A stretch of 64,000 nt of DNA from Microcoleus sp. (lineage in GTDB: Bacteria; Cyanobacteriota; Cyanobacteriia; Cyanobacteriales; Microcoleaceae). Below the pieces are notes generated by a model. It was not told the origin of the DNA, ran no database searches, and saw only the letters and a list, made by a program, of their open reading frames with translations. Below, piece after piece: positions 32,465 through 42,692 of this stretch (the stretch's first letter is position 1; every line of letters begins with the position of its first letter). The stretch is taken from the NCBI GenBank assembly GCA_042408215.1, contig JAYFMW010000005.1, forward strand, positions 416,001 through 480,000, in the 5' to 3' direction. The translations under genes and the position numbers were made by a program.

Positions 32465-32492
32465 ATATTGAACTTTAGATTGTTAAAAAATT

Positions 32493-33020
32493 ATGGATTC
32501 CACTTCTGTCAAGGTAAAAGGTAAAGCCACCGGAGTTACCGCAACAGCGCATCCCAGCGGCGATAAGCGCTTCAAAGTTCTAGATGTAACTATGAAGCGC
32601 CATCGGTATCAGCAAGATGCGCTGATTGAAATTCTCCACAAGGCTCAAGAATTATTCGGCTATCTCGAAGACGATCTCTTACTTTACGTGGCCCACAGCT
32701 TAAAACTGCCACAAAGCAAAGTTTATGGGGTAGCAACTTTCTACCATTTATTCTCACTAAAACCCAAGGGAGTTCATACTTGCGTGGTATGTACGGGAAC
32801 CGCTTGTTATGTAAAAGGTGCCCAAACTTTGTTAGCAACCGTAGAAAAGTTTGCTAATATTCACGCAGGTGAAACAACACCAGATAACCAACTTTCCTTA
32901 ACCACAGCCCGTTGTATTGGGGCCTGTGGGATTGCGCCGGCGGTGGTGTTTGATGGTAAAGTGGCGAGTCAGGTGACACCAGAGGCGGCGTGCGATCGCA
33001 TTAAAGATTGGATTGGGTAA
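32493..33020 (+). CDS. hoxE: Diaphorase subunit HoxE
   Basis: GVATFYHLF, CTGTACYVKG, RCIGACGIAP. Confidence 0.96.
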   Translation: MDSTSVKVKGKATGVTATAHPSGDKRFKVLDVTMKRHRYQQDALIEILHKAQELFGYLEDDLLLYVAHSLKLPQSKVYGVATFYHLFSLKPKGVHTCVVCTGTACYVKGAQTLLATVEKFANIHAGETTPDNQLSLTTARCIGACGIAPAVVFDGKVASQVTPEAACDRIKDWIG

Positions 33021-33137
33021 TTGGTAATTGGTAATTGGTAATTGGTAATTGTTAATTGCTAATTGCTAATTGCTAATTGCTAATTGTTAATTGCTAATTG
33101 CTAATTGTTAATTGCTAATTGCTAATTGCTAATTAGT
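33016..33137. repeat. Heptamer STRR tract (GGTAATT/GCTAATT/GTTAATT, ~17 units)
   Basis: Directly visible between hoxE and hoxF. Confidence 0.9.
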
Positions 33138-33197
33138 AAAAAGTAATTCCTAATTTCCAAGTCCTAATTACCAATTCGTCATAATGGAGATAAAAAT

Positions 33198-34784
33198 ATG
33201 GAGTTAACTGAACTGCTAGAGATTGGAGAAAAAGAGCGCAAACAACAGAAAAATATTCGCGTTCATTGTTGCACCTCAACGGGTTGTCAAGCTGCTAACT
33301 CGCTGTTGGTAAAAAAAGAGATGGAACAGGCGGTAGTAGCCAATGGATTGAGCGATCGCGTGCAAGTTGTTGGAGTCGGTTGCATGGGATTTTGTGGTAT
33401 GGGGCCAATCGTAGAAATCGAGCCTCAAGATACACTTTACGAAAAAGTTACCCCCGAACAAGCTCCCTCAATTATTGAGGCTTTAAATGGTGGCGAAACC
33501 ACAGCTTTAAAAGGCGATCCCAATCATCCATTTTTTGCCCAACAGTTGAAAATTGTCCGGGAACATAGCGGCAAAATTGACCCGGAAAAAATCGAAGAAT
33601 ATATCGCAATTGGTGGCTATCAAGCGCTTTATCATGCTATCCATGAAATGACCCCCGCTGAAGTAGTTCAAGAAATCACTAAATCGGGATTACGGGGACG
33701 AGGTGGTGCAGGTTTTCCCACAGGTTTAAAGTGGGCAACTGTGGCAAAAATGCCAACCGGACAAAAGTATGTAATTTGCAATGGTGACGAAGGCGATCCG
33801 GGGGCGTTTATGGATCGTAGCGTATTAGAAAGCGATCCCCATAAAGTATTAGAAGGAATGGCGATCGCAGGTTACGCCGTCGGTGCCAATCAAGGCTATC
33901 TTTATGTTCGGGCTGAATATCCTTTAGCCATTCACCGCTTAGAAATTGCCATCAAACAAGGTAAGAAGCTAGGCGTTTTAGGTTCTCAAGTCTTTGGTTC
34001 TTCCTTCGATTTTCGCATAGATATCCGCGTCGGTGCCGGGGCCTTTGTCTGCGGTGAAGAAACGGCTTTAATTTCCTCCGTTGAAGGCGGGCGCGGCAAT
34101 CCCCGTCCTCGTCCACCTTACCCCGCCCAATCTGGTTTGTGGGGGAATCCAACGCTAATTAATAACGTGGAAACCTTAGCAAATATCGCGCCAATTATTG
34201 ATAGAGGCGCCGACTGGTTTGCGAGTATTGGGACAGAGAAAAGTAAAGGCACAAAAATCTTTTCTTTGACCGGAAAAATCCGCAACAATGGTTTAATTGA
34301 AGTGCCGATGGGCATTAGTTTGCGGGAGATAGTTGAAAACATGGGTGGCGGTGTTCCCGGAGGTAGTGTAAAGGCTGTACAAACGGGTGGGCCTTCTGGG
34401 GGTTGTATTCCGGCGACGGCGTTAGATACTCCTGTGGATTATGAGTCTTTAGCGAAGCTGGGATCGATAATGGGTTCTGGGGGAATGGTAGTTTTAGATC
34501 GGGATAGTAGCATGGTCGAAATTGCCCAATTTTATATGGAATTTTGCCAGGGCGAAACCTGTGGAAAGTGCATTCCCTGTCGTGCGGGGACTGTGCAAAT
34601 GTATCAAGCTTTAACTAAGATTTTAAATCGGCAAGCAACGATGGATGATTTAGAACAGTTAGAGCAACTTTGTGAAATGGTAAAAGCTACAAGTTTATGC
34701 GGTTTGGGACAATCAGCACCCAATCCAGTATTAAGCACATTGCGCTATTTCCGGCATGAATATCTGGAATTAATTAGTCATTAG
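33198..34784 (+). CDS. hoxF: Diaphorase FMN/NAD-binding subunit HoxF
   Basis: [42 protein letters not shown]. Confidence 0.97.
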   Translation: MELTELLEIGEKERKQQKNIRVHCCTSTGCQAANSLLVKKEMEQAVVANGLSDRVQVVGVGCMGFCGMGPIVEIEPQDTLYEKVTPEQAPSIIEALNGGETTALKGDPNHPFFAQQLKIVREHSGKIDPEKIEEYIAIGGYQALYHAIHEMTPAEVVQEITKSGLRGRGGAGFPTGLKWATVAKMPTGQKYVICNGDEGDPGAFMDRSVLESDPHKVLEGMAIAGYAVGANQGYLYVRAEYPLAIHRLEIAIKQGKKLGVLGSQVFGSSFDFRIDIRVGAGAFVCGEETALISSVEGGRGNPRPRPPYPAQSGLWGNPTLINNVETLANIAPIIDRGADWFASIGTEKSKGTKIFSLTGKIRNNGLIEVPMGISLREIVENMGGGVPGGSVKAVQTGGPSGGCIPATALDTPVDYESLAKLGSIMGSGGMVVLDRDSSMVEIAQFYMEFCQGETCGKCIPCRAGTVQMYQALTKILNRQATMDDLEQLEQLCEMVKATSLCGLGQSAPNPVLSTLRYFRHEYLELISH

Positions 34785-34896
34785 TCATCGATCATTGGTA
34801 ATTAGTGGGTACTAATTACCAATGACTAATCACCATTGAATTTCTGAAATTCTTTGAATTCGTGTTACGATCGCTGCTCAAAAAAACTCTAGAGAA

Positions 34897-37524
34897 TTGA
34901 AAATGAAAGTCACGAATGTTGATGAATTGGAATTGTTGATTCAAAGGGTAAAAGCGGCGCAAACTGAATTTGCCACCTATACTCAAGAGCAAGTCGATCG
35001 CATCTTTAAACAAGCTGCTCTCGCTGCTAGTGCTGCCCGTATTCCCTTAGCCAAGGCGGCGGTGAAAGAATCTGGCATGGGTGTGATCGAAGATAAAGCG
35101 ATCAAAAATCATTTTGCCTCAGAAATGATTTACAACAAATACAAGAATGACAAAACTTGTGGCGTAATTGAATCAGACAAACATTTTGGCTATGAGCGCA
35201 TTGCCGAACCCGTCGGACTCCTAGCGGGGATCGTACCTGTCACCAATCCCACTTCGACCACCATTTTCAAGTCTTTGATTGCTTTAAAAACGAGAAATGG
35301 GATCATTTTCTCACCCCATCCACGCGCTAAAAACTGCACGATCGCCGCGGCAAAAATTGTGCTTGATGCCGCCGTGGCTGCGGGTGCGCCCCCAGATATC
35401 ATTGGCTGGATTGATGAGCCAACCGTGCCACTTTCCCAAGCTTTGATGCAGCACCACAATATCAAGCTGATTTTGGCAACAGGTGGGCCAGGGATGGTCA
35501 AAGCCGCCTACTCTTCAGGACATCCTTCCCTCGGTGTGGGCGCAGGTAACACTCCCGCGATCGTTGATGAAACCGCGCATATTCAAATGGCGGTGAGTTC
35601 GATTCTGCTGAGTAAAACCTTTGACAATGGCACGATTTGCGCTTCAGAACAGTCGGTGATTGTGGTAGATGCAGTTTATGAAACTGTCAGAGAGGAATTC
35701 ATCAAGCGCGGTGCTTATTTCCTCAATTCAGAAGAACGTGACCAAGTACGAAAGGTGATTTTAACCGATGGACGTTTGAATGCTGAAATCGTTGGACAGT
35801 CGGTGCTCAAAATCGCAGAAGTTGCTGGTTTTGAAGTGCCAGTGAATACAAAAGTTTTGATTGGAGAAGTCGAAACGATCGCCAAAGATGAACCCTTTGC
35901 TTATGAGAAACTTTCGCCGATCCTGGCCATGTACCGCGCTCAGGATTTTAATGATGCCGTAGAAAAGGCTGAATCATTGATCTTCTTCGGTGGACATGGA
36001 CATACTTCGGTGCTGTACACGGCTCCAAACAATCAGAAGCATATTCATTATTTTGAAACCAAGGTCGAAACTTCGCGGGTGCTGATTAATACACCATCTT
36101 CTCAAGGGGCGATCGGCGATCTTTACAATTTTCGACTCGATCCCTCACTGACACTTGGTTGTGGTAGCTGGGGCGATAATTCCATTTCGGCAAATGTGAC
36201 ACCACATCATCTGCTGAATATCAAAACCGTCGCCTCGCGTCGTGAGAATATGCTATGGTTTCGCATCCCACCGAAGATTTACTTCAAATCGGGCTGTTTA
36301 CCTGTGGCGCTGCGGGATCTGGCCGGCAAAAAACGCGCTCTGATTGTCACCGATCGCCCTTTATTTGAACTCGGTTTGATCAAAGAAGTCACTGATAGTT
36401 TGGAAGAAATCGGCATCGCCCACTATACCTTTTATGATGTCGAACCAGATCCTTCCTTAGCCACAGTTAACAAAGGTTTGGAAATCTGCAATAGCTTCCA
36501 TCCCGATGTGATTATTGCCTTTGGTGGTGGCTCGCCGATGGATGCCGCCAAGGTGATGTGGTTGATGTACGAACATCCCGAGATCGAGTTTGAAGGATTG
36601 GCGATGCGGTTTATGGATATTCGCAAGCGTGTCTATGAGCTTCCACCCTTGGGCGGAAAAGCAATCATGGTATCAATTCCCACCACATCGGGAACTGGTT
36701 CAGAAGTTACACCTTTTGCGGTGGTGAAAGATGAGAAATCTGGCATCAAATATCCCCTGGCCGATTATGCTTTGACTCCGAATATTGCGATCGTCGATCC
36801 CGAACTGACGATGCATATACCAAAACGACTCACAGCCTATGGCGGCATTGATGCGCTGACTCATGCGCTCGAAGCTTACGTTTCGGTATTGGCTTCTGAA
36901 TATACCAATGGATTAGCACTAGAAGCAATTCGTCTGTTGTTCAAATATCTGCCCAGTGCTTACAAAAATGGTGCGAATGATCCCAAAGCACGGGAAAAAG
37001 TCCATTATGCCGCCACCATCGCCGGCATGGCATTTGCTAACGCTTTCCTAGGAGTTTGTCATTCCATCGCCCACCAGTTAGGCGGAACTTGTCACATTCC
37101 GCATGGTTTAGCAAACGCGCTGATGATTTCCCATGTGATTCGTTACAATGCGACAGATGTTCCGTTTAAGCAAGCGATTTTCTCGCAGAACAAATATCCC
37201 AATAGCAAGTGGCGCTATGCGCGGATTGCGGACTATCTGAATTTGGGTGGTGAGACTGAAGAGGAAAAAGTGGTGAAGTTGATTGAGGCTGTGGAAGATC
37301 TAAAACGTCAAGTTGATATTCCTGACACAATTCAAGAGGTACTCTCAGCCCAGGGTGTCAGCGATGACTTTTTCTTGGCGCGTGTCGAAGAAATGGCAGA
37401 TCAGGCTTTTGACGATCAATGCACAGGCGCAAATCCTCGCTATCCTCTGATTGAAGATCTCAAGCAGTTGATGATGCAAGCCTATTCTCATACAGCACTT
37501 GGCGTTCTAACTAAAACTAAATAG
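34897..37524 (+). CDS. adhE: Bifunctional acetaldehyde-CoA/alcohol dehydrogenase (likely start 34903)
   Basis: PVTNPTST, ATGGPGMV, CASEQ, GGGSPMD, TSGTGSE, His metal ligands. Confidence 0.97.
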   Translation: MKMKVTNVDELELLIQRVKAAQTEFATYTQEQVDRIFKQAALAASAARIPLAKAAVKESGMGVIEDKAIKNHFASEMIYNKYKNDKTCGVIESDKHFGYERIAEPVGLLAGIVPVTNPTSTTIFKSLIALKTRNGIIFSPHPRAKNCTIAAAKIVLDAAVAAGAPPDIIGWIDEPTVPLSQALMQHHNIKLILATGGPGMVKAAYSSGHPSLGVGAGNTPAIVDETAHIQMAVSSILLSKTFDNGTICASEQSVIVVDAVYETVREEFIKRGAYFLNSEERDQVRKVILTDGRLNAEIVGQSVLKIAEVAGFEVPVNTKVLIGEVETIAKDEPFAYEKLSPILAMYRAQDFNDAVEKAESLIFFGGHGHTSVLYTAPNNQKHIHYFETKVETSRVLINTPSSQGAIGDLYNFRLDPSLTLGCGSWGDNSISANVTPHHLLNIKTVASRRENMLWFRIPPKIYFKSGCLPVALRDLAGKKRALIVTDRPLFELGLIKEVTDSLEEIGIAHYTFYDVEPDPSLATVNKGLEICNSFHPDVIIAFGGGSPMDAAKVMWLMYEHPEIEFEGLAMRFMDIRKRVYELPPLGGKAIMVSIPTTSGTGSEVTPFAVVKDEKSGIKYPLADYALTPNIAIVDPELTMHIPKRLTAYGGIDALTHALEAYVSVLASEYTNGLALEAIRLLFKYLPSAYKNGANDPKAREKVHYAATIAGMAFANAFLGVCHSIAHQLGGTCHIPHGLANALMISHVIRYNATDVPFKQAIFSQNKYPNSKWRYARIADYLNLGGETEEEKVVKLIEAVEDLKRQVDIPDTIQEVLSAQGVSDDFFLARVEEMADQAFDDQCTGANPRYPLIEDLKQLMMQAYSHTALGVLTKTK

Positions 37525-37566
37525 TTTTTGTAAAAGGGTGTTCTAGAATTAGAGATAGTGCCGTAA

Positions 37567-37830
37567 TATCAAGTCCGTTAGCAACAGACTTGATATTACT
37601 GGAAATGTTACCGCTTTACGCAATCCTTGTAGGGACACGGCAATGCCGTGTCCCTACCGTGTTTCATAACAGTAGGGACACGGCAATGCCGTGTCCCTAC
37701 TGCTGTATCAAGACACGGCAATGCCGTGTCCCTACTGCTGTATCAAGTCCGTTAGCAACAGACTTGATATTACTGGAAATGTTACCGCTTTACGCAATCC
37801 TTGTAGGGACACGGCAATGCCGTGTCCCTA
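37567..37830. repeat. Two ~90-bp direct repeats and four REP-like GACACGGCAATGCCGTGTC palindromes
   Basis: Directly visible; the same palindrome family occurs at ~263, ~59127 and ~61693. Confidence 0.85.
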
Positions 37831-37910
37831 TCTGTATGGCAACGCGCCGATCGCATAGTAAGAGTTAAAAAATGTTAAGAAACCAGAGATTATGTAGATC
37901 AGCTAATTAA

Positions 37911-38975
37911 TTGATGTATAATGTAGTCAATCAAATTTTAAACTCCTGGATAATTATCATGGTACAAAATACAAAATTTCAAGCCTATGCCTCTTTAAAG
38001 GTAGGCGAAAAACTCCAACAATGGGAATATGAACCAGCCCCTTTATCTCTCAATGATGTGGAGATTGAAGTTACTCACAATGGGTTGTGTCACACCGATA
38101 TTCACATGAGGGATAATGACTGGAATGTTAGTAAATTTCCCCTCGTAGCAGGTCATGAAGTAGTCGGAAAAGTAACTCAACTTGGGGAAGAAGTTACTGG
38201 TTTGCAAATCGGCGATCGCGTCGGTTTTGGGTGGATTCGTAATTCTTGTCGAGTCTGTGACGCTTGTTTACGCGGAGAAGAAAACGTTTGTCGCCAAGGC
38301 TATACAGGATTAATTGTGGGGAATCATGGCGGCTTTGCGAACAAATTACGAGTTTCCGCTGATTTTGCCTACAAAATACCTGATGGTTTAGATTCTGCCA
38401 GTGCAGCCCCCCTATTATGTGCTGGAATTACGGTTTATAGCCCCTTAAGGACCTATATCAAATATCCGGGGGCAAAAGTGGGAGTGGTGGGGATTGGAGG
38501 ATTAGGACATCTGGCGATTAAATTTGCCCGTGCAATGGGAGCAGAAGTTACTGCTTTTTCTACATCTCCTGATAAAGAAGCTGAAGCTAAAGAATTTGGG
38601 GCGCATCATTTCTGTAATTGGAAAAATGCCGAACAAATCAAAGAAGCAAGTGCTACGCAAGATCTACTTTTAAGTACAGTTTCCTCGGAAATTGATTGGG
38701 AGCAAGCCTTTGGTTTATTAGCAAATAACGGAGTTTTATGCTTGGCGGGGCTTCCTGTTTCTATCCTGAATATTCCCCTACTTTCTTTAGTATTTGGTCA
38801 AAAAGCGATCGCAGGTAGTGTAGTTGGTGGACGGCGTTTTATGAAAGAAATGCTGGAATTTGTCGCCCTTCACCAAATTAAACCGATGATTGAAACCATG
38901 CCGATTTCGCAGATTAATGAAGCAATGGATAAAGTAGTAGCAAATAAAGCTCGTTATCGAATTGTTTTAGTTTAA
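37911..38975 (+). CDS. Zn-dependent NAD(P)H alcohol dehydrogenase/aldehyde reductase (likely start 37959)
   Basis: CHTD, GHEVVG, CxxCxxC...C, GIGGLG, ARYRIVL. Confidence 0.92.
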   Translation: MMYNVVNQILNSWIIIMVQNTKFQAYASLKVGEKLQQWEYEPAPLSLNDVEIEVTHNGLCHTDIHMRDNDWNVSKFPLVAGHEVVGKVTQLGEEVTGLQIGDRVGFGWIRNSCRVCDACLRGEENVCRQGYTGLIVGNHGGFANKLRVSADFAYKIPDGLDSASAAPLLCAGITVYSPLRTYIKYPGAKVGVVGIGGLGHLAIKFARAMGAEVTAFSTSPDKEAEAKEFGAHHFCNWKNAEQIKEASATQDLLLSTVSSEIDWEQAFGLLANNGVLCLAGLPVSILNIPLLSLVFGQKAIAGSVVGGRRFMKEMLEFVALHQIKPMIETMPISQINEAMDKVVANKARYRIVLV

Positions 38976-39171
38976 TCATTAGGGTGCGTGATCTTTCAAT
39001 AACACGCACCTTATTCCTTCAGAAACAGGAGTTAATTCTTTTAACATTTGAAACGTCAAGTTGATCTGACTGCCACAATTCAAGAGGCACGATTTAGAAG
39101 CAAGAAGCAAGAAGTAATAAGGAAGAATGCTCATATAGCAAGCTTTTGAGCCATCTGTATCTTAGGTTGAA

Positions 39172-41703
39172 TTAGGTGGATTCACCTAAAAGTTGTTGAA
39201 TAGTGGTTACCAATTGCTTCAGCTTAACTGGCTTAGTTATATAATCATTGGCTCCTGCTTCTAAGCAACGATCGCGATCGCCCGTCATGGCTAAAGCAGT
39301 TAGGGCAACGATCGGCACATCGACTAAGTTTGGAATACGACGGATCTGCTGCATAGCTTCTATTCCATCCATCCCAGGCATTTGGATATCCATCAAAATC
39401 AAATCAGGCTGCTGACTTATTGCCAGATCAATAGCTTCTTGACCATTTTTAGCCTGCAGAATGCGATAGCCCTTAGCTCCCAGGTAGCTAGAAACCGTAC
39501 TGATATTGGCTTCATTATCTTCTGCTAAGAGGATCAGGGGCTGCTCGACAACAACAGGTTGAGGAAAGATTTTAGATATAGCGATCTCTTCCAGACTTTG
39601 AACTGGATCGGGAGATAGAGATAAAGTTAGGTTTGGCTGGTTTTTTGTGCGGCACAGATAAGGCAACCGGACAGTAAAACAGCTACCCTTTCCCATTTGG
39701 CTATGAAGGCTGATATCCCCTCCATGTAGTTCGACAATTTGCCTCACCAGCGTCAGTCCCAACCCTGTACCTTCGTATTGACGGTTGAGTTTACTGTCCA
39801 CCTGCACAAAGGGGCGAAAGATTTTGCTCTGATCGTTAGAATCAATGCCAATGCCTGTATCAATCACAGAAATACAGAGGTAATACCTGTTTTCCAAAGG
39901 ACAGGATTCTAAATTTGAGTAAAGCTGAGACATCTCCTGTGGCTTAGTCAAAAGTATGTGTTCTGCTAAGTTTATTTCTATCTGTTGATAGTACACTTTT
40001 AGGCTTACTTGCCCTCCGGTGAGGGTAAATTTAACCGCATTAGTCAACAGGTTGATCAACACCTGTCGGATGCGGCGTTCATCTAGAAACATTTCTCTCA
40101 GATCTGGCGGTAAGATCAAATTTAGTTGAATCTTTTTTTTGAAGGCCTGTGATTTAACAAAGTCCAAACTGGATTGGCAAAGATGCGCGACTGAAATTGA
40201 GGTGCAATCTAGTAATATCTGTCCAGCTTCAATTTTGGCCACATCCAGAATATCATTGATCAACGACAGCAAATGAGAACTACTCCGCTCAATGGTTTGC
40301 AATGCTTTAATTTGTCGCTCATTCACCACGCCAAAGACATTTTCTTGTAGCCCTTCAGTCATGCCTAGAATGGCATTTAAGGGAGTGCGAAGTTCGTGAC
40401 TCATACTAGCGAGAAACTCGTCCTTAAGACGGGTGGCACGGGTGAGTTCCTCATTGGTTGTTTGCAATTCAACTTCATATTGTTTGCGATCGGCAATATC
40501 TGTAATCGTACCAATCGCCCTGACAGATGTACCATGCTTATTTTTTACCACTTGCCCCCGCGATAAAAACCAATGGGTCGTACCATCCGCCTTGAGGAGA
40601 CGATGTTCGCAAGAAAACTCAGAAGTTTTTTCTTCTAAATGGGCTTGTAATGCTTGTAAAAACAGAGGGCGATCGTCAATATAAATATAATTGACCCAGG
40701 TCTTAAGATGAAAATTCTTGCTGAATTCAAAATTTTCATAACTCAGCCACTCTTGAATACCTCGATCTAAAATAAATATATTGGTTTTCAGATCCAAATC
40801 CCACACCCATACTTTGGCCGCACGGGTGGCTAATTCATAGCGTTGGGCAACCTGGGCATATTTACGCTCAACTATTTCTAGTTCCATTTGCTTGTAGGCT
40901 TTTAACTCTTGAAAAACCGCTGCAAATGTTGCCCCTAAAAAACTAATTTCATTGTTAGGCAAGGTAGGTAAAGAAAACACATCTTGACCTTCACTCTGGA
41001 TAATGGCTAGATTAATTTTATCTAAGGGAGATAACACTAATCGCCGAATTAGCCAACTCATAAATACTAGAATTAGCAAGGCACTGACTGCCATCGTCAG
41101 AATAGAAGATAAGGCACTTTGCAATGCGTCTTGCTCCATTTTTTGCAGATCCATCACGGCGATCGCTACTCCTCGGTGTTTCCTATCCGCCGGAGAACCA
41201 ACCCCTACTTGATTGAATAAAGTGCTACTAAAGGGCAGCATTTGGACCACAACAGTTTTTCCCTGCAAAACCGTGTGGATATTCTTGTCTATCCCCTGCT
41301 CAGAAACCTGTTGCCAGGTTAAGGCCAGAGTTGGGTGAAGTTTGGCATAGTGGCGGTCCTCGATCGCATTTAGGGCAAATTCATTGCTATGGGCCAGCAA
41401 AATTCCTTGAGGATCGACAATGGAAACTTCTATTACTGCCGGCAAGGTAGCATAGTTTTGAACAATGCGTTCTAAAAGAAGCATTTCTTTAATTTCAATC
41501 AATCCTTCAGAAGCAAATTCAAGCCCATAGGTAATGCTCTCTGCTCGTTGTTGTATTTGTTCCTCCAAATTGTGCCGCAGGGAAGCAGAAGTAATCGACA
41601 ATGTGGCGATACTAATCACAATTAAAGATAATGCAAAACCCCCCAGCAATTGCTGAAATAGTTTGCGTTTATGAAATCGTTTTGGCTTTTTCATTGCTGC
41701 CAA
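39172..41703 (-). CDS. Membrane-bound hybrid histidine kinase (2 TM, PAS, HisKA, HATPase, REC)
   Basis: [29 protein letters not shown]. Confidence 0.93.
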   Translation of the reverse strand: MAAMKKPKRFHKRKLFQQLLGGFALSLIVISIATLSITSASLRHNLEEQIQQRAESITYGLEFASEGLIEIKEMLLLERIVQNYATLPAVIEVSIVDPQGILLAHSNEFALNAIEDRHYAKLHPTLALTWQQVSEQGIDKNIHTVLQGKTVVVQMLPFSSTLFNQVGVGSPADRKHRGVAIAVMDLQKMEQDALQSALSSILTMAVSALLILVFMSWLIRRLVLSPLDKINLAIIQSEGQDVFSLPTLPNNEISFLGATFAAVFQELKAYKQMELEIVERKYAQVAQRYELATRAAKVWVWDLDLKTNIFILDRGIQEWLSYENFEFSKNFHLKTWVNYIYIDDRPLFLQALQAHLEEKTSEFSCEHRLLKADGTTHWFLSRGQVVKNKHGTSVRAIGTITDIADRKQYEVELQTTNEELTRATRLKDEFLASMSHELRTPLNAILGMTEGLQENVFGVVNERQIKALQTIERSSSHLLSLINDILDVAKIEAGQILLDCTSISVAHLCQSSLDFVKSQAFKKKIQLNLILPPDLREMFLDERRIRQVLINLLTNAVKFTLTGGQVSLKVYYQQIEINLAEHILLTKPQEMSQLYSNLESCPLENRYYLCISVIDTGIGIDSNDQSKIFRPFVQVDSKLNRQYEGTGLGLTLVRQIVELHGGDISLHSQMGKGSCFTVRLPYLCRTKNQPNLTLSLSPDPVQSLEEIAISKIFPQPVVVEQPLILLAEDNEANISTVSSYLGAKGYRILQAKNGQEAIDLAISQQPDLILMDIQMPGMDGIEAMQQIRRIPNLVDVPIVALTALAMTGDRDRCLEAGANDYITKPVKLKQLVTTIQQLLGEST

Positions 41704-42689
41704 TTTTTAGTAGCTTTGACGATTGGTTGAGCGTTAATTTCTACATAATCGCGAATGAGCCGCCCGTGCCGAGGATCTGCTAATAACAATTGTCTAGTCT
41801 GTTGCGAGGCTGCTTGTAACCGGCCACCTTCAAACATTCGGCGATTCATTTCCAAGTCACCTTTTTTCAGTCCTGCGTAATCTTTTGCAAATATCTCCAC
41901 TGTTGTTCCAAGTTGTTTGGCGACAGAAGCAAAAACTTCCTGGGGCTTAGTTTCTAGATCTTTCATTACATCAAACCAAGTTTCAATAAACCGGGTCAAT
42001 TCATCTTGTTTAGTCGTGGTAATACTCGAACGAGTTGCTAATCCATCAATCACCACACTATCCACATCCGCAGTGGTATAGATGACCTTTCTACCTTCTG
42101 CTTTAGCGGTATTTGATAAGAGCGGTTCCCAGAGTACAGATGCATTAACTTTGCCTTGCTTGAGCATGGCGGCTCCCCGTTCATTGATTGCATCCACAAT
42201 TTCTATCTCATTTGGTTGAAGTTGATTTGCCTTGAGCGCCTCCAACAAAACCAAGTGAGGAACAGTACCAAGCTTGACACTAACTTTCTTACCTTTTAAA
42301 TCTTTAACCGAGGTGATTTGAGACTCAGCCACAATGCCATCAGAACCAGTAGAAATATCAGCAACCATAATATAAACAGGAGCTTCCTGGTTGGGATCAA
42401 CCTGAATAACTTCGGCTAAAGGGACAAAGCTGGCATCTTGTGCGCCCCGCATGGTAGAGCGGATATTGTCTTGCTGATTAGTAAAGCGGACAAATTCCAC
42501 CTCTAAACCATGTTTGCGAAATAGCCCCGTTGCTTGGGCATATAAAGCCACTTGATAACCGGGCCAAGTATTCAGCCCCACCTTAAATGGTTTCAAGGCT
42601 CCTGCACCGAAACTACAACCCTTGATGAAAATTGCCATCAAGAAAGGTAAAAAAATTAAGGTTAAGAAAGTTAATTGCTGAGATTTCAT
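41691..42689 (-). CDS. NitT/TauT-like solute-binding lipoprotein
   Basis: Signal peptide ending in Cys, WPGY, DISTGSDGIV, DLKGKKV, WEP. Confidence 0.85.
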   Translation of the reverse strand: MKSQQLTFLTLIFLPFLMAIFIKGCSFGAGALKPFKVGLNTWPGYQVALYAQATGLFRKHGLEVEFVRFTNQQDNIRSTMRGAQDASFVPLAEVIQVDPNQEAPVYIMVADISTGSDGIVAESQITSVKDLKGKKVSVKLGTVPHLVLLEALKANQLQPNEIEIVDAINERGAAMLKQGKVNASVLWEPLLSNTAKAEGRKVIYTTADVDSVVIDGLATRSSITTTKQDELTRFIETWFDVMKDLETKPQEVFASVAKQLGTTVEIFAKDYAGLKKGDLEMNRRMFEGGRLQAASQQTRQLLLADPRHGRLIRDYVEINAQPIVKATKNWQQ

Positions 42690-42692
42690 AAT

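Noticed and set aside
37567..37830. Mini-CRISPR, and ORF 37590-37868
   Set aside because: REP-like palindromes with short, partly duplicated intervening sequence; the same palindrome is dispersed across the window.
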